NCBI GenBank assembly: GCA_016748015.1
Contig: JAAOMT010000617.1
Coordinates: forward strand, 442,635 to 506,634
Origin: Geosiphon pyriformis uo1
Lineage: Eukaryota; Fungi; Glomeromycota
Reading direction: 5' to 3'
Length of the DNA: 64,000 nucleotides
How positions within the stretch are numbered: position 1 is the stretch's first letter; every line of letters begins with the position of its first letter. Shown here piece after piece: positions 48,921 through 59,870 of the stretch. The position numbers and the translations under genes are program-made. The notes beneath the pieces are model-generated. The model had not been told where the DNA came from. It saw only the letters and a list, made by a program, of their open reading frames with translations, and ran no database searches.

Positions 48921-50306
48921 TTAAGTGTTCAAGTTGTGAGGCTGTTCAATGACAATTATTGGTTCTAAATTTTGGGGAATGTCTTCAGGATTGATTAAAG
49001 GAGAATGTGTACCAATTTGTGGAATTAATGATTCAGGATTGTTTCTAGAATTATAGTGTTTCAAACAATCTCCATGTGCAACTTTTGCTAGAATTTTGTC
49101 ATCAAGTCTTAGCTTGTATGATCTGTTGCCTAAAACTTCATGGATAAAAAATGGTCCATCCCATTTATTTTCAAATTTTCCATTCCATTGTTTTTTAGCT
49201 TTAGTTCTGTATAAGAGAACTTTGTTTCCAATTTTAAATTCATTGGTGACTGGAGGCAATTTGTTATCATGCCATTCTTTTTGTTGAGCTTGAGAGTGTT
49301 TAATATGGGTGGCTGCTATTTGTCATTTTTCTTCCAATGTGCTAAGCAAAGTGTAGGCTCTTCGTTAAAGTGTTTCTTGGAAATTGTTTTCATTGATTGG
49401 TTGTATTGGGTATGTTTTCACTGTGAAACTAATTGGTAACATTGCCGTCCTTCTGTAAGTTAAATCAAATGGTATGTGTTTTGTGATATCTTGTTTTAGT
49501 GTCCTATATGCTAGTAACACTGATGGAATAAAGAGATCCCATTCTTGCTCAAAATCGGTTGAAACTTTGGCTAATGATTCACACAATGTTCTGTTGAACC
49601 GTTCTATCAGTCCATTTGTTTGTGGATGGTAGGGTGAAGATAATGGTCTCTTGACATTAAATTGTCCACAAATTTCCTGGATTAAATTGTTCACGAAATG
49701 TGTTCCTTGATCAGATAAAAGTTCTATTGGGCATCTATATCTACAAATAATGTCTTTGTAGATGAAGTTTGCTACTGATTTTGCATCTGCTCATTGAATG
49801 GCTCTGGCTTCAGGCTATTTGGTGAGATAGTCTACGGCTACTGCAATGTAGTGGTTTCCTTGGTTTGTGATAGGTAGTGGTCCGACTAAATCGATACCAA
49901 CTTTATCAAAAGGCTGTCCAACTTTAATTGAGTTTAAAAGTTCTATAGAGCAAGTTCCTTTTCTTCTTTGACAACTATCACAAGATTTAACATATTCGTG
50001 AATGTCTTTTCTCATTTGAGGCCAAAAGTAGTATTCTAGTGTTCTTTGGGTGATGCTGTCTTTTCCAAAGTGGGCTGATGAAGGATCTGAGTGCATATTG
50101 TATAATATAGTCTCTTTTTCCTGTTCTTGTATTAATCTGAGTGGTTTGTCTGGGTTTTTCAAATTTTGGTAATAAATAATGTTGTTGTGTAGAAAATATT
50201 GTTTGGCTTGTTGTTGTAGTTGATGTTTTTCATCTGGAGACCAATCTGTTGAGATTGTTAATGTTTCCAAATATTGTTTGAGATCATTGTAGTTTTCCAA
50301 ATTCAT
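48921..50306 (-). pseudogene. Integrase ORF of A3 (461 aa, single frame, premature stops)
   Basis: ATG 50306; HHCC, GIDLVGP, NGLIERFN, KWDGPF. ORFs 49815-50306, 49365-49694 and 48921-49259 share one frame. Confidence 0.94.
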
Positions 50307-50358
50307 TGTTTATTGGTTCTTTTGGTTGGTTAAGTTGAGTGTTGGTTTTTGTGTTTTT

Positions 50359-53300
50359 CTAATCTTGTCTTATTCTGGAGAGACAGTCAACATTGGTGTG
50401 GAGTTTTCCTGGTTTGTAATGTACTATGTATTGATAGTTTGCTAGAAATTCTGTCCATCGGGTTTGTTTTGCATTCAGCTAAGTATTTTTGTTCTGAAGC
50501 CATTTGAGTCCAATATTATCAGTGATAATATCGAATTCTTTAGGCCTAAGATAAAGGTTGAAGTGGTGTAGGGCCCAAATTACGGCTGCTGTTTCTAGTT
50601 TTGTAACAGGGTAGTTTTTCTCAGCTGGTTTTAATGTTCTGCTAGCATAAGCAATTATTCGCTCATTTCCATTGTCATCTAGTTGTAATAAGATAGCACC
50701 AAAGGCAGTATATGAAGCATCTGTAGCTAGTTGAAATTGGTTGCTGAAATCTGGATAGGCAAGAATTGGAGCTGTTGTCAGTTTTTCTTTGAGAATTTCA
50801 AAAGCTTTTTGGTGTTCGGTAGTTCATTTGTATTCAACATTTTTGGTGGTGAGCTGGTTGAGGGGTTTTGCAATTTCCGAAAATCCTTTGATAAACTTCT
50901 GATAGTAGGATGCTAATCCTATGAATCCTCTTAGTTCTGTAGTGTTTTGAGGAGTTTTGAAGTTTTTGACAATGCTGATTTTTCCAGGATCTGGTTTAAT
51001 TCCATTTTTACTAACAATATGATCAAGGAAGGCCAGGCTTGTTTTTCCAAAGTAGCATTTTTCAATATTGAGTTTTAGTTCTGTTTTTTGTAATTGTTGA
51101 AAAACTTCTTACAGGTGTTTTAAGTGTAATTCGAACAATGGAGAATAAACATCAGTATTGTCAAGATAAATGACTACTGATTTCCAAAGAAGTCCTTGGT
51201 ACACAACATCCATTAATCTCTGAAACATTGCTAGTGCATTGCATAATCTGAAAGGCATTACATTGAACTCGTAATTTTCACTTTGGGTGGTGAATGCTGT
51301 TTTGGGGCAATCTTTGGGATCCATAGCAACTTGCCAGTAACCATTTTCTAAATTTAGTGTTGAAAAGTATTTGGATTTTCCAAGGGCATCTAACATGTCA
51401 TCAATCTGGGGAAGAGGGTAGACGTCTTCAATTGTAACACTGTTGAGTTGTCGATAGTCAACACAAAATCAGATCTTTCCAATTTTCTTTTTAACTAACA
51501 CTACAAATGAAGCCCAAGGACTCATGGAGGGTTGAATAAGCCCATTGTTAAGCATTCATTGTACTTCTTTTCAGATGAATTGGTGGCTTTTTGGAACAAC
51601 TCGATATGCTTGTTGTCTTCTTGGTTTGGCATTTCCTGTATAAATTTGGTGTTGGACCAAATTGGTTCTTCCTAAGTCATTGTTGTTTTCAGTGAAAATA
51701 TTGACAAATTCTGCAATTAGCTCTTTGAGCTGGGTCTGTTGTTGTGGTTCAAGTTGTCTCATGTTGATTTGAGATAGTTTTTCCATGACAACATGGTAGT
51801 TTTCAGAGCTGGGGTTTGGGTTGATTTTTGGTAGTGAATGTCCAATAATTTCAGGGAAATTGGGAACTGTTTGGGGTAATTCTTGTTGAAATATATTACT
51901 GTGAATAACTCCAATTTCTAAATTATTTAATAAAATTATGGGGTAATTATTAGGGTTGTAAAAAGTAACTCAGACTTTCTTTGTTCCTTCTGGAATATAA
52001 ATGTTTGGGATCAAAATATTATGTTTCAAGCAGACTTGTTTATTGGACTCAAAAATTTGTTGTGTGGTTGTTGGTTTTGGGCAGGTGTAGATTTCTGGAT
52101 GTTCTCCAAAGGGTGAGATGGTAATCGGTTGTGGAAGTCTAAGAATCTGGTGGAATTCGTTCCATGTATTAAGAGCTATGTTAACTGGAACTGTGAATCG
52201 TTCAGTTGAACCAAAACTTTGGGTTCCTCTATTGCTTTTTCCTAATTGTTCTCTTTGATTGACTAGTTGCAAACCCAAAATGTTGATTAAGGGTAGGTAA
52301 ATAGCTTGGACAATTTTTTCAGCATGTTCGATCTTGAATGGTTTGTCAGTTTCATTTTGAAGCATCACTGTAATGTCTCCAGTATATCTAGCATTGATTA
52401 TTCCTCCTCTGACATTGATTTCTTTGCTTGCCAGAGAGAACTGGGAGGTAATTTGAACCATTGCTCCTGGCGGGATTTCGAGTGCAATTTTGAGGTTGAT
52501 TTTTGTGAGAGATTTGGGTTTGAGAACAAGAGTATCCTTGTCTGGATATCTTAGGTCATATCCAACATCAATTTTGTGTGCTTTTTTGGGTTTTATTCCT
52601 TGTCCGTTGTTGTTGAAGTATTTAAGTTGTAAGGCAGGCTGATTTTCGATAAGGTAGATAGGTGTTGTTTCAATTTTTTCCGTTGCTTCAAGTTCTCCAA
52701 ATTCAATTTCGTTCTCATCATTTTCGCTGGACAAGGGGATACTAAGAGCATAGCATTCTGGACACCACTGTTTATTACAAGGCATAATGCATTCTTCACA
52801 TAGCCTAATGTTCATTTGCTCTAATCATTGAATTTGAGCTTCTTGAGTTGGGTAAGTGTAACTTGCAATTTGGTGGTAGACTTCTACTTTGTCTTCATAA
52901 TTGAATCCAGCTAATTCCATGGTGTATTCAATGTATTCTGCTTCCTTCATTTGGCGAACATCTTCTTTGGTAGCTCCATTAATTAATGCCATTGCTAGGT
53001 CAAAAATCATCTCAGCATCATGAGGGTAGTGATAAAGTTTGTTGAGAGCACTGTTGTATGCCACATTAAAGGGTGTTCCTCTTTTTACTTTTTCTGAAAT
53101 TGATAAAGCATATTGGCAGGTCTGATCGCAGACTCCTCCTCTCATGGCTACATCAATCCAATTGCATTCTTCCGGTAGCATATCTCCACAAGTCAAACAA
53201 GGGATGTTGTCTCATTTTCTGCTCCTTTTTATTAGATGGCTCTATCATTCTCTGTGGCAAGCCTTGCAGTAATAACAAGTATGATTTTCATATTCTTCTT

Positions 53301-56190
53301 TAGATGAAATGCAGGCTCCCATTGATGATAGTTTCTTGTGGCAGTCCTTACATTTAAGGGGAATATAGGGGCGTTGTTTTCTTGGTTCAGGTTTTGAGTA
53401 AGGGATATTTCATCCAGAGGTTTCGGGTTCAGAGTGTGGGGTAAAATGTTCTTGTTTTGTTTTATCAGCCCAGTTGGACGTTGATCCAAGAGCCATGAAT
53501 GTTTCAATAAGAGGTTTTTCCTCTTCCAGTTTGAATTCAAAAGCTGGGGCTTTTTCAGAGCGTTTGTTGAATGTACCACAAATGGCAGGTACCTGGGCGT
53601 GTTGTCCTTGATAGGAAATTGTTAACTTTTGTGTTTCCCAATTCAGATTAGCATTGGCTTTTTGAAGCCAATCATTTCTGATGAGAGCTTAGTACTGAGA
53701 TGTATCTATTACAAAAACTTTGACTGAAATGGTAATTCCATTAAGAGTAAATGAAAAATTGTCAATTTCTCCTACTGGGGTCTTTTTCATGCCATTGGCA
53801 GTAATGATTACTGTTTGAGCTGGTCAGTCGACATTTCTCTTCAACTGTTGCATTAACTGGTAGGTGATAATGCTTCTGGCAGATCCACTGTCTAGGATCA
53901 AGTGAATTGTCTTTTCTTCGACTTCTGCTTCAGTGTACATGGCCATGATTGCTTTTTGTTCATTGGTGGCTGCATTGCTAAGCAGAAATGGTGACTCATT
54001 TGCTTCAAACTCAAAAGGGAATATATCGGAAAGGTTAGCGTTTTCAGCAATTTTGGCTGGTGGGATTGTGGTGGGAGTATAAAAAAGGTTTTGTTGTTGT
54101 TGTGCTGCAGCTCTACCTTCCGAGAGTGCAGTATGGTGAAAATCCTGTTCTTCCGGCATTGTTAAATAACTGGATTGAGTGTGGTAGTGGTTGGGTCTTG
54201 GTTGAGTGGTATTTTGGGAAACCAATTGGTTGTTCGAACTGATTCTATTGTTGTTTACTTGGTATCAGTTTGGTGGTGTGAATTGATTTTGTGTAATCAG
54301 TCTTCGAGCAGGTACTTGATAATGTTGTGTAGGTGGTTGTTGATATTGTTGTTGGATTGGCTGTGGGGCTGGCTGATAATAGTTATTTTGGTATTGGGGT
54401 CTTGGTGGATAGTAAGCTGGTAGTGGTAGTTGATAATAAAATTGCTGTGGTGGAGGGTAACGTTGATTACTCCTATTTTGTTGGTCTCGTTGCAGCTTTC
54501 TGCAATCTCTTTTCCAGTGACCAGAGATTCCACAGTAATGGCAATTCTGAGGCTGGTTATTGGAAAGTGGTGCAAAGTTATTTTGATTTCGTCTTTGGGA
54601 TGGTTAATATCTTTGGGGTTGCTGTTGTTGTTAATTGGTGAAATAGTTTTTAACCTTCTTTGTGAGTTGGTCAATTTTTTTCTCAGCTGCTGAGCTGGTT
54701 TCTCCAATTGCCAAATTTACAAGTTTTGTGCAATTGGCCTCTTCCATGGCCATTTTATATCTTTTCGCATGCTGTATGGCAGAGTTTAAATCTTCTGGCA
54801 CATGTGGGCGAACCTTTTTAATTAGTTTATCTTTTAGACCAGCAATAAATTGATCCAAAATTTGAGCATCAGAATAATAATCGTTTGTTTTGAGTTGGCG
54901 AATTTGTCTAAGAAGTTTGTTGAATTTCCCAATATAAGTCATAACAGATTTGGAGGGTTCTTGTTTGATATTTCGAAAACAATTACAAAGGGTAATAGAG
55001 GTATTATTGTTGGTGAACTGTTCAAGGAAGGCTGCTTTGAAAGCGTTCCAATCATTGAATGGGGCAGCCAAGTTTTCAAACCATTCTCCTGCTGTTCCTT
55101 TGAGAAAGTAGAGAATTGTTCTTAACATTCTGGCAGCATTCCATCCATTTGCATCTCCAGCTTTAGTAACTTGGTCGAGCCATTCTTGGGGACTGGTCTC
55201 AATATCTTCTCCATTGAATTCAGGGATTTTTGCAATGTATGTTGTCATTTCGTTTTCTTCATTTTCACTGTCTATTGATTCTTCTTCAGTTATTTCAGAG
55301 TTGTTTTTTTTGTTTGCTGCTGTCTCAGAGTGTTCACTTTGATTTTCAGCTAGAAAATCAAGGAGATTGGAACTAGTTTGAAGGGGTTCTTGTTGTCTGG
55401 TGGGACTTCTGAGTGATGTAAAATCTTCTGGTCTTGCAAATCGATTCAAGGGTGAATTAGGTGTTTGTGCTTGTGCAAGTAAAGCTGGAAAAGGTGTGAT
55501 AGTAAGTGGAAGTTTTGAACTGGTTCTTTGTTCAGGTGTTTGTAAATGTTTGGCAGTTGTTTTCGGTAGTGTTGGAGTATTTGGGATGGTTCTTGAATAT
55601 TGCTTTAATTTGTTTTTGTCTTTGTTGCTTGTTTCTGTTTTCGATTCAAAATCAATAGTATATTGAGACTGCACTGGATATGTTTCTTCACAGTATTTGA
55701 TAATGTTAAAATTAAGTTCATGAAAGTAAGTGGCAAGTGTTTCACTGTTAAGGTCTTTAGTTTCCAACTGTGAATAGTGTGCTAAATTATTGTAAAGATT
55801 GCTTCTAACTTCTGAGATATTGTAATTTCCAAAAAGATAATTGTTGATGCGGTTTTCAATGTATTAGTATACTGATTTCTTGACAACTTCAATTCCATCT
55901 GGAATGTTAAATCTTTGCTTGCAGTGGGTGTAAATTAATTGGTAATACTCTAGAGTTGTTGCGTCTGGTGTGGTCACCACTTTGAAGTTGTTTTTGCTGT
56001 GTTGTTTCCATGAGAGAGCACCAAATATTACTGGAGGTTTTTTGGTCTCTTTTCTTAAATGTTGTCAATGCTTGTTTGCTGTGAATTCACGTTTTCTGGA
56101 TGTGGTTGAATCTCCAATAACTGAATTTATCTTCAAATTATCTTCTATAATTTGAACTGTTGGGCTTATAAGTGGAATGACCAATTCCAT
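50359..56190 (-). pseudogene. pol: Gag-PR-Cys-rich-dUTPase-RT-RNaseH polyprotein of A3 (start uncertain)
   Basis: ORF-track pieces starting at 55767, 54225, 53196, 52815, 51786 and 51396 are all in one frame; ends SRIRQD-stop. Confidence 0.92.
52200..52640 (-). pseudogene. dut: dUTPase domain of A3
   Basis: VGYDL, GGIINARYTG, KIVQ, RGTQSFGST motifs. Confidence 0.93.
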
Positions 56191-57001
56191 GCCAGTTACT
56201 TTATGTAGTTACATTGTAGTAAATGTCAACTCTTTCCCAGGAATTGCTTATCTGGAAGCTCACTAAAATGTATAGTTACTTTGCTGTGAAAGTCAACTCT
56301 TCTACAAAAATCTTGTCTGTAGGCTACCCTAATGATTGTAAAAAAAAAAAAGGAAAATAAAAGAAATGTAAAAGAAATAAAATTCTGTCAAGGAAAACGT
56401 TTTCTATCCAGGCCTGAAGTCACTAACAGTTTACTGAAATTGGTAGCTAATCAATTTCAAACTGTTTAGTAGGAATTAGTTAATTTCAAAAGTGAAATAA
56501 TTCAGGATTTGATTTTTCGAATTATTTGATATTTATTTCGTTTTTGTGTGTAAAGGATGATTCTAATTGTTAAATCTAAAGTAAGATACATTTTCTCGAA
56601 GAGAGAAGCTCTTCTTTTATACGACTTGTTGTAACACTATTCTATGAACTTGAACTTTGTTATTTTCTACAATTTTGCTGAACTAAAGATACATTTTGGC
56701 GAACTACAAGTTATTTCTGCGAACTATTAGATATTTTAGTGAACTATCAATTATTTCAGTGAATTTCTATAAATTTCGGCAAACTTTTGAATGTTACATA
56801 GTTTGGGGTATTGCATGATTGATCATCACAATTAGGTTACATTTGTGTTGTGTACAATTTGGGTTATTAATTAAATGATAATTTTGGACATTTTTGCTAA
56901 TGTAATAAGTGATAATTTGAAACGATAATATATGCTAATTAATGATAAGAATTATAAGATAATTTTATGCTAAATAATATCTCTAATTTCATCTGGTAAC
57001 A
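56026..57001 (-). repeat. A3 5' LTR (976 bp)
   Basis: Adjacent PBS; ends CTGGTAACA. Confidence 0.95.
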
Positions 57002-57005
57002 TCAT

Positions 57006-57346
57006 TTTCAAAAAAATAGTGTTAATAGTACAAAATATAACAACAATAAATAAAAAAACCAGCTTGTTAACTAGTCTACTATTAAAAACTTTTAAGCTTT
57101 TAATAAAGATAAAAATAACATTAAAACTAACTTATGTGTGTTTCTTAAAAGAAACTTTGATTGGTAAAAAACCAGCCAAAGATAAAAAAAATGTTTTTAA
57201 AGCTATCAAAAACAGTTTTTTACTATTACTACTTAGAAAAAAAGCTTTTAAAATGTTTTGTTTAGCTGTTTTTAAAAAATATTAAATACAGATTTTTTAT
57301 TCTTTGCTCTAATCATGGTCATAAAATTAAGAAAACAGAGTTTTTT
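57006..57346 (-). mobile_element. ORF1-only LINE derivative, 5' part (joins 47428)
   Basis: Continuity across the TCAT TSD. ATG 57322 (MTMIRAKNKK). AAAAAC plus pyrimidine start, like the LINE start at 37858. Confidence 0.7.
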
Positions 57347-57718
57347 ATTTTTTTCTATTGTTTTTTGAGCTTAGTTTTAAAATATTTAATAATAAAAATA
57401 ATAAAAATAAATAAATATTTATTTTTTGTATTTTATAATTAAAAAAAAATTGTTACAAATCCCTAAAATTTTGTCAAAATTATCAGCTTAATAATTTTAC
57501 TTGACCATTAAAAACACTGGATTAATTATATTTTACACTGATTGGATTTTCTTTTGGAAATTTTCTGTTATGTTGAAAATTTTTTCTGCAGCTGTATTCA
57601 TAAACTTAAGTTTGCAACTACTACATGTGACTGTTGAAAGTCCAATATCTGTGATTTAAAAGGTAGAACTCGATGTTTTATATAAAGGGCTATTGTGTTT
57701 GGAAGAAATATAAAGAAA

Positions 57719-59270
57719 TTAGAGCATCTTTAATTAATTGGAAATTATTAGTGAACACGAAATAGAAGTTTAAAAACTTACATTCTCCAATATGCCCGAC
57801 TCTTTTAGCATCGTAATTCCGTTATATCCAAACGTCTCTGTGGCAGTTAATATTTTCATTGCACCAGGGGAGATTTCGTTCTTGTTATGAGACGTAACAA
57901 TTGTGGTGGATTTCTTGACCACAAATTTGGTTTGCTTGCTGAAGAAGGAGAGGCGTTTTGTCGGAGGGGTGACGTTTTTGAGTGAAGGGATCCCATTTAC
58001 TCTTGAAGAGGCTACATCTTGAAGCGGAGATCCAAATTTTCTATTAGGAGTTATATCCCTCGAGACACGACTGTTAGGAATTGGACTAATGTTCATATTT
58101 TCAGGAGACGTATTCATGTAGTATTTTATACTATTGGGTTGATTATCGTTGATTGGGGTTTTCGTGATCCCACCTTTAGTTAAATATGATCTCAAGGAGT
58201 TAGTGCGATTCTTTAGCTTTGATTTGGAAGCCGATTTCTTGATCGACACCTTTTTCTTTGTTAAATTGGTCGTCGCCTTTGATCGAGTGGGCAAGGAAAT
58301 GATTGATTTGCTAGTCGTGTTTACAGTATCTTCGTCATCTGTAAAAATAAAATCAGAGACAGCACTTGGGGATGTCAACAAGGAAGATGATCTGTCTTCC
58401 AAAGGGATACGGCGTAGAAAACTTGTGATGGGTGCCTCAGTGATTCTTCGACTTGTCGCGGTACTTTTTGATGATAAAGGCGACGAACAAAACTCAGATG
58501 AAGATTTATTTTCCGAAAAGTCAAGGTAATGGTTAATGGGTGAATTATCAATAGTCATTATATCGTTTGAGCTGACTGATGTATCTGAGGTGTCTGAACG
58601 AGCAGGAGAGATATTCGATAAATTGACCCTCTTCATGACGATTTTGGTAAAGAAATTCGTAATAGGAGAATCCATCATTCTATCTCCATGATAACTTGAT
58701 TTGGTATTATCGGAATTTTTTGATGAATGTGAATTATCTTTAAAAAGAGGAGAATTCTTGAAATTTGATTGCACTGTTTTATTTTTTGTGCATAAAAAAT
58801 TTAGTATAGGTTGAGCCCTCGATTCCTTTAATTTAAATAATGTTAAATAAGATTTCGGAAAATAAAGCCTGAGTGGAGCTCGAGCAAGAAATAAAGTTCT
58901 CGCCTTACTTCATTGGATGATTTAGGTTTTGTTTCCGAAAGACCTAAAAAAGAGCTTGAGGACGTGCTTTTTTCGAAATCTACTTGTGATTTTGACACCG
59001 CAGGAGTCTCTGCGCATAAGCCCCCATAAATCTCGTTGCCACTTCGAGGTGACAGTGAAGGAGGTGTGGAGTTATCTTATTCCAAAACCAAAAGAATCAA
59101 ATATAATTAAGTCTATGAGTGGATCTTAAAGGCTAGAACCTTTGCTATTTGCTGCGGAGGGAAAAGCTTTAGCAGAGGCTAGGATTCTTAAATATATGGA
59201 CGTTAGAAAACATACCAAAGCTAGCACAGCGCGCCCAAAAATCATTAAGAGAGGCTTGGTCGAGCGCCAT
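57719..59270 (-). CDS. Host gene, ~428-aa S/T-rich disordered protein with PIP-box-like motifs; exons 59270-59216, 59151-59140, 59075-58909, 58825-57782, 57727-57719
   Basis: CpG retained, no premature stops, GT-AG introns of 64, 64, 83 and 54 nt with matching phases, total 1287 nt. Includes ORF 57770-58774. Confidence 0.78.
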
Positions 59271-59275
59271 TTGGT

Positions 59276-59282
59276 CGCGAAA
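59276..59282. promoter_or_regulatory. CGCGAAA (SCB / E2F-like) site just upstream of the host gene ATG
   Basis: Exact CRCGAAA match; single site; function inferred. Confidence 0.35.
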
Positions 59283-59870
59283 AAACGTTAAGCAACAAGG
59301 TGTCCGAATATTTAGTTTACAGTCTGCTTACTATGGTTATAAATCATGTGACATGTCAATATTTTCTAGATAATCAAAGATAATAATTAAACATAATTGA
59401 ACTTATTGTATTGTATTTGACAATTAATACACATTATTTGAGAATATTGTTTTTTTTGTTTTTTCTTGTTAAATACTTTAATAAATATAATATAATTGCT
59501 ATTTATTAATATTTAATATATAAACATTTTACAAAAAAAACATGTTTTATGTTTTTTTATATTATTAAATATTTAATATATTAATATATATAATTTTATT
59601 ACTATCTATTACAATATATTAATTAAAAAATTTATAAGAATTTAATGTTTTTTATTTATTATATTATTATTGATAATCTTATTATTATCTATTATAATAT
59701 AACAATTAAGTATTTTAAAATAAATATAATTTATAAAATTTATTTATTTTAATAAGTAAGATTTAAATATAATTTAATATAATATATTAAGCTAAATAAT
59801 CTAAATTATGTATAAATTATGTATTTTCTACATATAATTAGCCATTTGAATTAATCAAAACAACACTATG

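Larger units (their letters stand above)
47429..57001 (-). mobile_element. Ty3/Gypsy family A copy A3, near full length
   Basis: Perfect TSD TCAT (47425-47428, 57002-57005), LTRs 47429-gap and 56026-57001, PBS 56012-56023. Confidence 0.96.

Noticed and set aside
48921-49259. Chromodomain on integrase
   Set aside because: The segment is the GPY/F-type domain (FKIG.KV, KWDGPF); no chromodomain pattern follows.
58149-58529. Antisense ORFs here and throughout the TEs
   Set aside because: Shadows of real frames, with no motifs or independent conservation.
57770-58774. Single-exon 334-aa gene with a GTG start
   Set aside because: The frame is open to an acceptor at 58826 and a GTAAGT donor lies at 57781; a five-exon model fits all phases.
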